DNA of 64,000 bases from Actinomycetota bacterium (GTDB lineage Bacteria; Actinomycetota; Actinomycetes; Nanopelagicales; Nanopelagicaceae): NCBI GenBank assembly GCA_947377725.1, contig CANCGX010000001.1, positions 626 through 64,625 on the forward strand, given 5' to 3'. The position numbers and the translations under genes were made by a program. Shown here one piece after another: positions 54,162 through 62,157 of the stretch (within the stretch, counting starts at the first letter, position 1; the number at the start of each line of letters is the position of its first letter). The notes under the pieces are model-generated. The model had not been told where the DNA came from and made no database searches. It saw nothing but the letters and a program-made list of their open reading frames with translations.

Positions 54162-54989
54162 ATGTCAGGACTTTTGGGTGCACATGAAATTCGAGAAATT
54201 GCTACTCGCATAGGAGTAAATCCAACTAAAAAGCTGGGTCAGAATTTTGTTGTAGATGCAAATACATGTCGCCGAATCGTAAAAAGCGCTGATGTTTTGG
54301 ATACTGATATCGCTCTTGAAATTGGTCCAGGTCTTGGCTCCTTAACTCTTGCGCTTCTTGAATCAGCAGCGCGAGTTGTCGCCATAGAAATCGATCCAAG
54401 GCTTGCGGCAGAACTTCCAGCCACAGCGGAACGCCACGGTTTTGATGCATCACTCTTAGAAGTAATAACTGCGGATGCCATGAATTTAGAGGCTCTGGAT
54501 CCAGCCCCAACTGTCTTGGTTGCAAATCTTCCTTATAACGTCTCTGTTCCTGTGTTATTGAGGGCTTTTGAGAAATTGCCATCGCTCCGTGCTGGGGTAG
54601 TAATGGTTCAAAGTGAAGTTGCTGATCGATTGGTGGCGAAGCCGGGTACGAAGAATTACGGATCTCCATCGGTCAAAGCGAATTGGTGGGGGACACTTAT
54701 CTCGGCCGGAAACGTCTCTCGAAGCATATTTTGGCCCGTTCCGAATGTGGATTCTTCGCTCGTTCGATTTGATCGTCACGAAGTACCCGGAGACGAGGCA
54801 CTGCGCCGAAAGACATTTGCGCTCATAGAAGGAGCTTTTGCCCAACGGCGGAAGATGTTGAGAGGGGCGCTTTCGGAGTTATTAGGTCCATCGGCTAGCG
54901 CAATAATTGAAAGTGCGGGCGTCGACCCCACGGTGAGAGGCGAAGCTCTCGTTCTTGCTGACTATATAAGAATCGCACAGGCCCAGTAA
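54162..54989 (+). CDS. rsmA: 16S rRNA (adenine1518/1519-N6)-dimethyltransferase
   Basis: KKLGQNFVVD, EIGPGLGSLT, ANLPYNV motifs. Confidence 0.93.
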   Translation: MSGLLGAHEIREIATRIGVNPTKKLGQNFVVDANTCRRIVKSADVLDTDIALEIGPGLGSLTLALLESAARVVAIEIDPRLAAELPATAERHGFDASLLEVITADAMNLEALDPAPTVLVANLPYNVSVPVLLRAFEKLPSLRAGVVMVQSEVADRLVAKPGTKNYGSPSVKANWWGTLISAGNVSRSIFWPVPNVDSSLVRFDRHEVPGDEALRRKTFALIEGAFAQRRKMLRGALSELLGPSASAIIESAGVDPTVRGEALVLADYIRIAQAQ

Positions 54990-54995
54990 AAGCAA

Positions 54996-55001
54996 TACGC
55001 T
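54996..55001 (+). promoter_or_regulatory. -10-like TACGCT 6 nt upstream of the ispE GTG (leaderless promoter candidate)
   Basis: TANNNT followed by acagat and then GTG 55008. Confidence 0.4.
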
Positions 55002-55007
55002 ACAGAT

Positions 55008-55928
55008 GTGATTACAAAAGGCGTGGTTGTTCGCGTTCCAGCGAAAGTGAATCTCCAGTTATCAGTGGGGCCTTTAGGGACTGATGGATTTCATGAAGTA
55101 GTAAGCGTCTTTCAAGCTATTTCAATATTCGATGATGTGACCGTGCGCTACGGCGCAGAAGGAAGTGGCATAAAGCTTTCGGTGTCAGGATCGACAACAC
55201 ATGGAGTTCCAACAGATTCCTCAAATCTTGCATTCAAAGCGGCACAACTGATGGTTGAGCGCCACCAAGCAACTCCAGATTTAGAGATTCATTTAAAGAA
55301 GGAAATTCCGGTTGCTGGTGGCATGGCGGGCGGAAGTGCAGATGCTGCTGGCGTAATTGTTGGAATCGATGCGCTCTGCGATTTGAGCTTATCTCGCGAT
55401 GACATGGAAAAAATTGCAGCGGAACTCGGAAGCGATGTTCCTTTCTCAATTGCAGGTGGAATTGCCATCGGGCGCGGGCACGGGGATCAACTAACGCCGG
55501 CGCTTGCTCGAGGTACTTATCACTGGGTTGTTGCGATGTCGGGCAGCGGATTGTCGACTCCTTCTGTTTATAAAGAGTGCGACCGTCTTCGCGAAGGAAG
55601 TGTCATTAGTAACCCGCGTACAAGTGATTCCTTATTGCAGGCACTGCGAGCCGCTGATGCTCGTGGAGTTGGTGAATATCTCACGAATGATTTACAAGCT
55701 GCGGCTTGCTCACTTCGGCCCGCGCTGCGCCTAGTTCTTGATGTAGGCGAGGAATATGGAGCTTTAGGAGGAATCGTTTCTGGTTCTGGCCCAACTGTTG
55801 TATTTCTGGTTGAGGATGAAGAAAGAGCACTTGATTTAACTGTCGCTCTCAGTGCCAGTGGGGTTGTATCAAGCGTTTTACGTGCATATGGCCCTGTCCA
55901 TGGTGCCCGAGTGGTGGAGACTCTTTAG
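55008..55928 (+). CDS. ispE: 4-diphosphocytidyl-2-C-methyl-D-erythritol kinase
   Basis: VPAKVNLQLSVG and GHMP-kinase loop PVAGGMAGGSADAA. rsmA-ispE synteny. Confidence 0.92.
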   Translation: MITKGVVVRVPAKVNLQLSVGPLGTDGFHEVVSVFQAISIFDDVTVRYGAEGSGIKLSVSGSTTHGVPTDSSNLAFKAAQLMVERHQATPDLEIHLKKEIPVAGGMAGGSADAAGVIVGIDALCDLSLSRDDMEKIAAELGSDVPFSIAGGIAIGRGHGDQLTPALARGTYHWVVAMSGSGLSTPSVYKECDRLREGSVISNPRTSDSLLQALRAADARGVGEYLTNDLQAAACSLRPALRLVLDVGEEYGALGGIVSGSGPTVVFLVEDEERALDLTVALSASGVVSSVLRAYGPVHGARVVETL

Positions 55929-55968
55929 CTTTTTTGCGTGAATCGCCACAATAAGGGAGAATTCAGGT

Positions 55969-56043
55969 TCCGCCATTGTGTAGTGGCTAGCACATGGGCC
56001 TTTGAAGCCCAGGGTCCAGGATCGATACCTGGTGGCGGAGCCA
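55969..56043 (+). tRNA. tRNA-Gln (anticodon UUG), CCA encoded
   Basis: Hand-folded cloverleaf: acceptor TCCGCCA/TGGCGGA; D stem GTGT/GCAC; anticodon stem TGGGC/GCCCA with loop CTTTGAA; T stem CCAGG/CCTGG; discriminator G plus CCA. Confidence 0.9.
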
Positions 56044-56065
56044 GATCGAGCGAGTGGCGGAGCCA
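56032..56065 (+). repeat. 12-nt perfect direct repeat GTGGCGGAGCCA: tRNA-Gln 3' end and a second copy 10 nt downstream
   Basis: Copies lie at 56032-56043 and 56054-56065. The second copy plus the next C can fold as GTGGC-GGA-GCCAC. Confidence 0.9.
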
Positions 56066-56107
56066 CCGATAGACTCCGACAACGAGCTACACAGTTGGGA
56101 GGCACTT

Positions 56108-57565
56108 TTGGCTAGTCTGCAAAGCAATAACCAAAAGCAAGTCAGCCTTGCAATCGTGCTCGCAGCCGGTGAAGGCACGCGAATGAAATCTTCGCTAGCA
56201 AAAGTACTTCATCCCATCGCAGGCAAAACAGTTATTCACCATGTCATAGATGCTGTTTCTCCGGTAGCCAAAGAACTTTCAGTAGTCGTCGGCGCACACC
56301 GTGAAAACGTTGAGGAGCATATTTCAACAATTGCTTCATCTGCTAACAAAGTCTTTCAAGCAGAACGGAATGGAACAGGGCATGCAGTGCAGCTTGCGCT
56401 CGCTGAAGCTCATACAAGTGGAACAGTTCTGGTTGTAGCTGGGGATACACCGCTCTTGCGCACATCCACACTTCAAGATTTTCTTGAAGCCCACGTCGAA
56501 CTAGAAAGCGTAGCTTCGGTCTTGACTGCGGTATTGCCAGATCCTCAAGGTTACGGGCGAATCGTCCGCGATGATCTAGGCGCAATTGTGAAAATAATTG
56601 AAGAGCGCGATGCGGATGATGACGCAAAACTCATTGACGAGATAAATACTGGCGTTTACATATTTGATATCGACGCTCTTCGTGAAGCATCAAAAAAACT
56701 GACTTCAGATAATTCGCAGGGCGAGTTGTATCTAACGGATGTTATTTCTTTGATCAAGGAATCTGGCAAAGTTGCAGTTGCGATTCAATGTAACGATTAC
56801 ACCGAAACGCTTGGCATCAATGATCGATCGCAGTTAGCCGAATGCGCGGCAATTATGAGAGATCGCATAAATGACGCTCACATGCTCAACGGTGTCTCAA
56901 TCATTGACCCTGTGACTACTTGGATTGATTCCACGGTTGAAATCGCAGCAGATGTCACGATTATGCCCGGTTCGGCTCTGCATGGAACAACCAAGGTTGC
57001 TTCCGGCGCTCTGATTGGTCCAAGAAGCACGTTGACAAATGTGGTTGTTTCAGAAGGCGCAGTAATAATTGAATCTCGAGCAACAGATGCTGAGATTGGT
57101 CGCGAAGCAAGCGTTGGACCGTTTTCCTTTATTCGCCCAGGAACCCGTCTTGCGCCTCAATCAAAGATAGGCGCATATGTTGAGGTTAAGAATTCAACAA
57201 TTGGTGAAGGTTCGAAAGTTCCTCACCTTTCTTATGTAGGAGATGCAACTATTGGAACGGGCACCAATATCGGTGCTGCCACTATTTTTGTGAACTATGA
57301 CGGAGTCGAGAAACACCAGACAGTTGTGGGAGACCATGTTCGAGTAGGTAGTGACACTATGCTCGTAGCACCAGTAAAAATTGGAGATGGCGCCTACACG
57401 GCCGCCGGATCCATAATTACTGAGGACGTTCCTGCAGGTGCAATCGGTGTTGCTCGCGCCAAGCAGAGAAATGTTTTAGGTTGGGTGCTTCGACGGAGAT
57501 CGGGAACGAAATCTGAGCAAGCAGCCAGAAATGCAGGGGCCACAGAATCAAAGTCACAGGAGTAA
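56108..57565 (+). CDS. glmU: bifunctional GlcNAc-1-P uridyltransferase / GlcN-1-P acetyltransferase
   Basis: LAAGEGTRMKS motif and C-terminal left-handed beta-helix hexapeptide repeats. TTG 56108 was chosen because GGGAGG (56097-56102) lies 5 nt upstream. The ORF opens at GTG 56054 inside the tRNA-derived repeat. Confidence 0.9.
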   Translation: MASLQSNNQKQVSLAIVLAAGEGTRMKSSLAKVLHPIAGKTVIHHVIDAVSPVAKELSVVVGAHRENVEEHISTIASSANKVFQAERNGTGHAVQLALAEAHTSGTVLVVAGDTPLLRTSTLQDFLEAHVELESVASVLTAVLPDPQGYGRIVRDDLGAIVKIIEERDADDDAKLIDEINTGVYIFDIDALREASKKLTSDNSQGELYLTDVISLIKESGKVAVAIQCNDYTETLGINDRSQLAECAAIMRDRINDAHMLNGVSIIDPVTTWIDSTVEIAADVTIMPGSALHGTTKVASGALIGPRSTLTNVVVSEGAVIIESRATDAEIGREASVGPFSFIRPGTRLAPQSKIGAYVEVKNSTIGEGSKVPHLSYVGDATIGTGTNIGAATIFVNYDGVEKHQTVVGDHVRVGSDTMLVAPVKIGDGAYTAAGSIITEDVPAGAIGVARAKQRNVLGWVLRRRSGTKSEQAARNAGATESKSQE

Positions 57566-57576
57566 GGGGAGTGTCC

Positions 57577-58557
57577 ATGAGCGAACTTCGTCTCTCATCT
57601 GAAAAACGCTTGCGCGTTTTTTCTGGAAGAGGTTATCCGGAGCTAGCAGAAGAGGTTGCATCTGACCTTGGTATTGCAGTTACCCCAACTTCGGCGTATG
57701 ACTTTGCGAATGGTGAAATTTTTGTACGCTTCGAAGAGAGTGTTCGCGGAAGCGATGCCTTCGTCATTCAGAGCCATGCTGCTCCAGTAAATAAGCAGAT
57801 TATGGAACAACTCATCATGGTGGATGCTTTGAAGCGTGCTTCAGCAAAACGCATCACTGTGGTTGCGCCTTTTTATGGCTATGCCCGTCAGGATAAGAAG
57901 CACCGCGGACGCGAGCCAATCTCAGCTCGTTTGATGGCAGATTTATTTAAAGCCGCCGGAGCAGATCGCTTGATGGTTGTTGATCTACATACTTCCCAGA
58001 TTCAAGGATTCTTTGATGGTCCAGTAGATCATCTCTTCGCATTGCCACTTCTTACTAATTATGTAGGCAGCAAAGTCGATCGCAACAATCTAACAATTGT
58101 TTCGCCAGATTCTGGTCGCGTACGAGTTGCCGAGCGTTGGTCTGATCTCATGGGCGGTTGTCCAATCGCGTTTATCCATAAGACTCGCGATCCTCGAATT
58201 CCAAATGAAGCGACCATTGGTCGCATCGTTGGTGATGTTAAGGGCCGTACAGCTGTTGTTATTGATGACATGATTGATACTGCTGGAACGATTGTTAAAG
58301 CTGTAGATGCTTGTATCGATGCAGGAGCATCAGAAGTCATCGTCGCAGCAACTCACGGAGTTCTTTCTGGACCAGCGTCAGATCGCCTCAAAAATAGTGG
58401 CGCAACTGAAGTTGTCATGACAAATACATTGCCAATTCCAGAAGATCGCCGCTTTGATAAATTGACTGTCCTTTCAATCGCTCCTCTTCTTGCTCGCGCA
58501 ATCCGAGAAGTTTTTGAAGACGGTTCCGTTACAAGTCTTTTCGACGGACACAGTTAA
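57577..58557 (+). CDS. prs: ribose-phosphate pyrophosphokinase
   Basis: ATG 57577 after GGGGAG. ...VVAPFYGYARQDKK..., DLHTSQIQGFF, VIDDMIDTAGT. Confidence 0.95.
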   Translation: MSELRLSSEKRLRVFSGRGYPELAEEVASDLGIAVTPTSAYDFANGEIFVRFEESVRGSDAFVIQSHAAPVNKQIMEQLIMVDALKRASAKRITVVAPFYGYARQDKKHRGREPISARLMADLFKAAGADRLMVVDLHTSQIQGFFDGPVDHLFALPLLTNYVGSKVDRNNLTIVSPDSGRVRVAERWSDLMGGCPIAFIHKTRDPRIPNEATIGRIVGDVKGRTAVVIDDMIDTAGTIVKAVDACIDAGASEVIVAATHGVLSGPASDRLKNSGATEVVMTNTLPIPEDRRFDKLTVLSIAPLLARAIREVFEDGSVTSLFDGHS

Positions 58558-59159
58558 TGCAAGCGCCTCATCCGACTAAAGAGGCTCTCATCAATGCTGT
58601 ACTCGAACTTCTCAGTGCTGAACATTTAAACGAAATTACAAGCGAGGAAGTTTTACATAAATCTGGAATTTCAAAAGGATCTTTGTACCACCACTTCGAA
58701 GATTTTTCAGATTTGCTGGAAACCGCTGAAGTTAGACGTTTTTCTTTGGTTGTGGATGCCACCATTGCTTGGCTGACTGACTCATTGAGGGAGACAGAAA
58801 AGGATAAGTTCCTTGAACAATTGGAATCGTTCAATGAGGTTACTTTTGGAAATGAATACAAGAAGCAAAGACTTATTCGAGTAAAAGCCGTAGCTCACGC
58901 TGGACTCACAGATAGAATGAAAGAACGTTTGAATCTTGAACAAGAGAGATTAACCGGCGCGATTGCCGATATGTGCCAGGAAATGCAATTCCGTGGATGG
59001 ATGAGTACGAAATATCAGCCAAAAACATTGGCGGTATTTTTTCAGGCTTACACAACGGGATTGATTATTAATGATTATGTGGATCATCCGGCTGAAGAAT
59101 CAGATTGGCTTCTTCTGCTCAGCGCCATCCTGAAAGATGTAATTCTCGCTACAAATTGA
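58557..59159 (+). CDS. TetR-family transcriptional regulator
   Basis: N-terminal HTH ...ITSEEVLHKSGISKGSLYHHF.... 200 aa; the ATG overlaps the prs stop (TAATG). Confidence 0.8.
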   Translation: MQAPHPTKEALINAVLELLSAEHLNEITSEEVLHKSGISKGSLYHHFEDFSDLLETAEVRRFSLVVDATIAWLTDSLRETEKDKFLEQLESFNEVTFGNEYKKQRLIRVKAVAHAGLTDRMKERLNLEQERLTGAIADMCQEMQFRGWMSTKYQPKTLAVFFQAYTTGLIINDYVDHPAEESDWLLLLSAILKDVILATN

Positions 59160-59288
59160 GCTGATTTGCCCAATCGAGTGGGCTAGAGATACTCTTCTGC
59201 CACGTCACGGCGAGGGATAGTTTTTATCCGTAATCGACGGGTTGCTCTCTAACCGTGCTGTAGTAATCATTCGAAGCACGAAGATTAT

Positions 59289-59303
59289 CTAGAATTTTTC
59301 TAG
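59289..59303. promoter_or_regulatory. inverted repeat CTAGAA-TTT-TTCTAG in the rplY leader
   Basis: Perfect 6-bp arms, 27 nt upstream of the rplY ATG and 130 nt downstream of the tetR stop. Function unknown. Confidence 0.3.
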
Positions 59304-59329
59304 TAGATATGTAGAGAAGGAAGCAACTC

Positions 59330-59941
59330 ATGGCCGAGATTTCAATCAATGGAACAACGCGCACCAATTTTGGTAAAGGCGCATCACGTCGCGATCGTAA
59401 GGCTGGCCTAGTCCCAGCTGTAATTTATGGACACGGAGCAGAACCACAGCACGTTTCCCTTCCTGCGCGTGAAATGGGCGTAGCCCTTAAGACTTCAAAC
59501 GTTCTCCTCGACATTAACTTTGATGGCAAGGTTGAACTCACACTTCCAAAGTCAGTCACAAAGAATCCACTAACCGGAATTCTTGAGCACATTGACTTGC
59601 TCGTTGTCCGTCGTGGTGAAAAGGTGACAGTTGAAGTCCCAATTCACACAACTGGCGAGCATGATCGCGATGGAATTCTTGAGCACGTAAATAACTCAAT
59701 TGAAGTTGAAGTTGAAGCAACTTCTATTCCTTCATTCATCGAGCTAAGCATTCAAGGAATGGCTGCAAACACTTCTAAGTACGCTGGAGATGTTGTTCTT
59801 CCTGCAGGCACAAAGCTTGTTTCTGATCCTCAAATGATTGTTGTTCACTTGTCTGAAAAGTCAACAGCTTCTGAAGAGACTCCAGTAGCAGCAGTAGAAA
59901 CAGCAGCAGCTCCTGCAGCTCCAGCTGCTGAAGCTAAGTAA
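59330..59941 (+). CDS. rplY: 50S ribosomal protein L25/Ctc (long form)
   Basis: ...RTNFGKGASRRDRKAGLVPAVIYGHG... and an Ala/Pro/Glu-rich C-terminal tail. GAAGGAAG SD. Confidence 0.93.
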   Translation: MAEISINGTTRTNFGKGASRRDRKAGLVPAVIYGHGAEPQHVSLPAREMGVALKTSNVLLDINFDGKVELTLPKSVTKNPLTGILEHIDLLVVRRGEKVTVEVPIHTTGEHDRDGILEHVNNSIEVEVEATSIPSFIELSIQGMAANTSKYAGDVVLPAGTKLVSDPQMIVVHLSEKSTASEETPVAAVETAAAPAAPAAEAK

Positions 59942-59974
59942 AGCCTCAGATATAAAAGTCATTAACGAGTAACG

Positions 59975-60538
59975 ATGTCAGATCGCTGGATTGTTTTCGG
60001 CCTAGGCAATCCAGGCGATCAATACGCATCAACTCGGCATAACGCTGGCCAGATGGTTACTGACTATCTGGCCAGTGGCATAAAACTTTCCTCTCACAAG
60101 TCTCGTTGCGAAATCGCAGATATTAGAGTTGCTGGGGTAGCCGTTACGATTGCGAAGTCGAAGCTATATATGAATGAGTCTGGTGCGCCACTCAAAGCAT
60201 TAGCTGATTTCTATAAAGTTTCTGCACAGAACATCATTGTGGTCCATGACGAAATTGACATTCCTTTTAATACAATCCGTCTCAAGCTCGGTGGCGGCGA
60301 TAACGGACATAATGGTCTTAAAGACATAACAAAACACTTTGCAGGGCCCGATTATTATCGAGTGCGAATAGGCGTTGGTCGCCCTCCGGCTCCTCAAGAT
60401 CCTGCGGACTTTGTACTCAAGCCATTCTCCTCGACAGAGAAAAAGGAGCTCCAAGATTTCATCGCTCGCGGAGCGCTTGCCGTAGAAAGATTGATTGAAA
60501 AAGGTCTAGAGGAAGCTCAGCAGGTATTCAATAAATAA
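59975..60538 (+). CDS. pth: peptidyl-tRNA hydrolase
   Basis: WIVFGLGNPGDQYASTRHNAG and GGGDNGHNGLKD motifs. Confidence 0.95.
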   Translation: MSDRWIVFGLGNPGDQYASTRHNAGQMVTDYLASGIKLSSHKSRCEIADIRVAGVAVTIAKSKLYMNESGAPLKALADFYKVSAQNIIVVHDEIDIPFNTIRLKLGGGDNGHNGLKDITKHFAGPDYYRVRIGVGRPPAPQDPADFVLKPFSSTEKKELQDFIARGALAVERLIEKGLEEAQQVFNK

Positions 60539-60558
60539 GGCCCACCGGGTACCCTTTC

Positions 60559-60600
60559 CGACATTGCAAAAACGACATTGCAAAAACGACATTGCAAATA
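60559..60600 (+). repeat. three tandem 14-nt direct repeats CGACATTGCAAAAA (third copy ...AATA) upstream of the permease gene
   Basis: Copies lie at 60559-60572, 60573-60586 and 60587-60600. Each holds the palindromic hexamer TTGCAA, and the last ends 26 nt before ATG 60626. Confidence 0.9.
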
Positions 60601-60625
60601 GATGAGGGAAGTAGGAAAGGGCAAG

Positions 60626-62155
60626 ATGACAACAAATAGCCAAGCGGACAAGCAACGTGGTTTTGAAGTCACGGTCGACGCCGTCGAACAGACAAAGCAC
60701 CTCAAGAAATCTTTTGGACGTAAAGAAATCCTTGCTTTTACTATTTGCACCCTTGTAGGCGTCGACAGTGTTGGCCAAATTGCAAGCCAAGGACCGCAAG
60801 CAATCACAATGTTGATGTTCTTTGCGGCATTCTTTTTTATTCCACAATCACTTCTCTTTGCAGAGCTTGGCACGGCTTTCCCTCAGGAAGGTGGCCCTTA
60901 TCTCTGGGCTCGCCTTGCGTTCGGTCGCCTTGTCGCGACTATTAACAACATGCTCTATTGGGTCACTAACCCAGTTTGGTTTGGCGGAACTCTTTCAGTT
61001 GTTGCCGCAGCGACGTTAGAAACTTTCTTTCGCGATGGCCGTCCACTGAGCGCATTTTGGTTCTACTTCTTCACATTGAGTTTTATCTGGGTCGGAACTT
61101 TTGCAACTATCTTGTCTTTTAGAGTTGGTAAGTACATTCCGATTTCAGGCGCGTACGCACGCTTTGTTTTACTTGGAATTTTCACTGCTGCTGTCATCAT
61201 GTACGGCGCAAAACACGGTGTGAATGGTTTACATGCAAATGAAATGTCAATCAACTACGCAGGCTTCGTTGGATTAACTGGAATTCTTATTTTTGCATTA
61301 TGTGGATTTGAACTTCCCAACGCCGCTGGCGATGAAATGATTGATCCAAAGCGAGATGTGCCGTACTCACTCATCCGTGCCGCACTTGCAGGAATTATTC
61401 TTTACGGTGTTCCAATCATTGGTGTCCTAATCGTGCTTCCTGTAAGTCAAGTAACAAGTCTTGGTGGATTCATCGATGCAATCAAGACTGTGTTCACAGT
61501 TTTTGGTGGATCAGTTGATGCCAAGGGCGTTGCAACGCTAACTGGAAGTGGCGCAGTCATGGGCGCGATTGCCGGGCTACTCTTTATTTTGTGCACACTT
61601 TCTTCAGGTGTGGCATGGATTATGGGATCAGACCGTGCGCTTGCTGTATCTGGATACGATGGTGCCGCACCACGTTGGCTTGGTGAGATTTCTGAAAAGC
61701 ACGGAACCCCTGTGCGAGTAAATATTCTTTCAGGAGCGGTTGCTTCGATAACTGTTGTAGCTGCCCACCAAATCAGTGGTGGAAATCTTGGCAAATACTT
61801 TACGGTCGTCATTGGAATCGCGGTCTCAACAACTGTGCTTTCTTATCTTGCCATTTATCCTGCTCTGTGGCGCCTTCGCGTGACACACCCTGATCAACCT
61901 CGCCCATACAAGGCACCATTTGGGAAAACTATCTCCGTCTGGCTAACCTGTTTAGTCCTCTTCGCGGGAGCTCAACTTCTTTTCCCTGGAATAGGTAGCG
62001 CATGGTTTGGCGACATTTATCGCCCAGATGGATGGGCGCAAAGCGAGAAATGGAAGTACTTCTTAACTGAAGGTGTCCCACTTCTTATCTTCACAATTGT
62101 CGGAGTTTTATTCTGGATGAGCGGCAAGAAAACCCGCGAGGAAAAAGCGGCTTAG
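60626..62155 (+). CDS. APC-superfamily amino acid/polyamine permease
   Basis: ATG 60626 after GGAAAGGG. About 12 TM spans, ...FAELGTAFPQEGGPYLWA... typical of APC transporters. Confidence 0.85.
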   Translation: MTTNSQADKQRGFEVTVDAVEQTKHLKKSFGRKEILAFTICTLVGVDSVGQIASQGPQAITMLMFFAAFFFIPQSLLFAELGTAFPQEGGPYLWARLAFGRLVATINNMLYWVTNPVWFGGTLSVVAAATLETFFRDGRPLSAFWFYFFTLSFIWVGTFATILSFRVGKYIPISGAYARFVLLGIFTAAVIMYGAKHGVNGLHANEMSINYAGFVGLTGILIFALCGFELPNAAGDEMIDPKRDVPYSLIRAALAGIILYGVPIIGVLIVLPVSQVTSLGGFIDAIKTVFTVFGGSVDAKGVATLTGSGAVMGAIAGLLFILCTLSSGVAWIMGSDRALAVSGYDGAAPRWLGEISEKHGTPVRVNILSGAVASITVVAAHQISGGNLGKYFTVVIGIAVSTTVLSYLAIYPALWRLRVTHPDQPRPYKAPFGKTISVWLTCLVLFAGAQLLFPGIGSAWFGDIYRPDGWAQSEKWKYFLTEGVPLLIFTIVGVLFWMSGKKTREEKAA

Positions 62156-62157
62156 TT

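Noticed and set aside
56054-56107. GTG 56054 as the glmU start
   Set aside because: It begins 11 nt after the tRNA, inside the duplicated tRNA 3' fragment, with no SD. It adds about 18 residues not expected before the LAAGEGTRM motif. TTG 56108 has GGGAGG 5 nt upstream.
55929-56110. Integrated mobile element or integrase at tRNA-Gln
   Set aside because: The flanking genes are core (ispE, glmU, prs). No integrase, excisionase or foreign-looking ORF is present; only the 12-nt duplicated tRNA end remains.
24781-59303. A shared TCTAGA-containing operator linking the pcrA-sucC repeat and the rplY-leader palindrome
   Set aside because: TCTAGA is not rare here. It also occurs inside coding sequence, for example at 2261-2266 in glmS and 6525-6530 in livG, so the shared hexamer carries little information.
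60539-60558. Intrinsic terminator after pth (GGCCCACCGGGTACCC)
   Set aside because: There are only 3-4 bp of possible pairing or a loop-less GGGTACCC palindrome, and no U-tract.
24773-60600. The tandem repeats at 24773-24809 and 60559-60600 as a CRISPR array or iterons of a mobile replicon
   Set aside because: They are only three contiguous 11-14-nt units with no spacers. There are no cas, rep or partition genes nearby.
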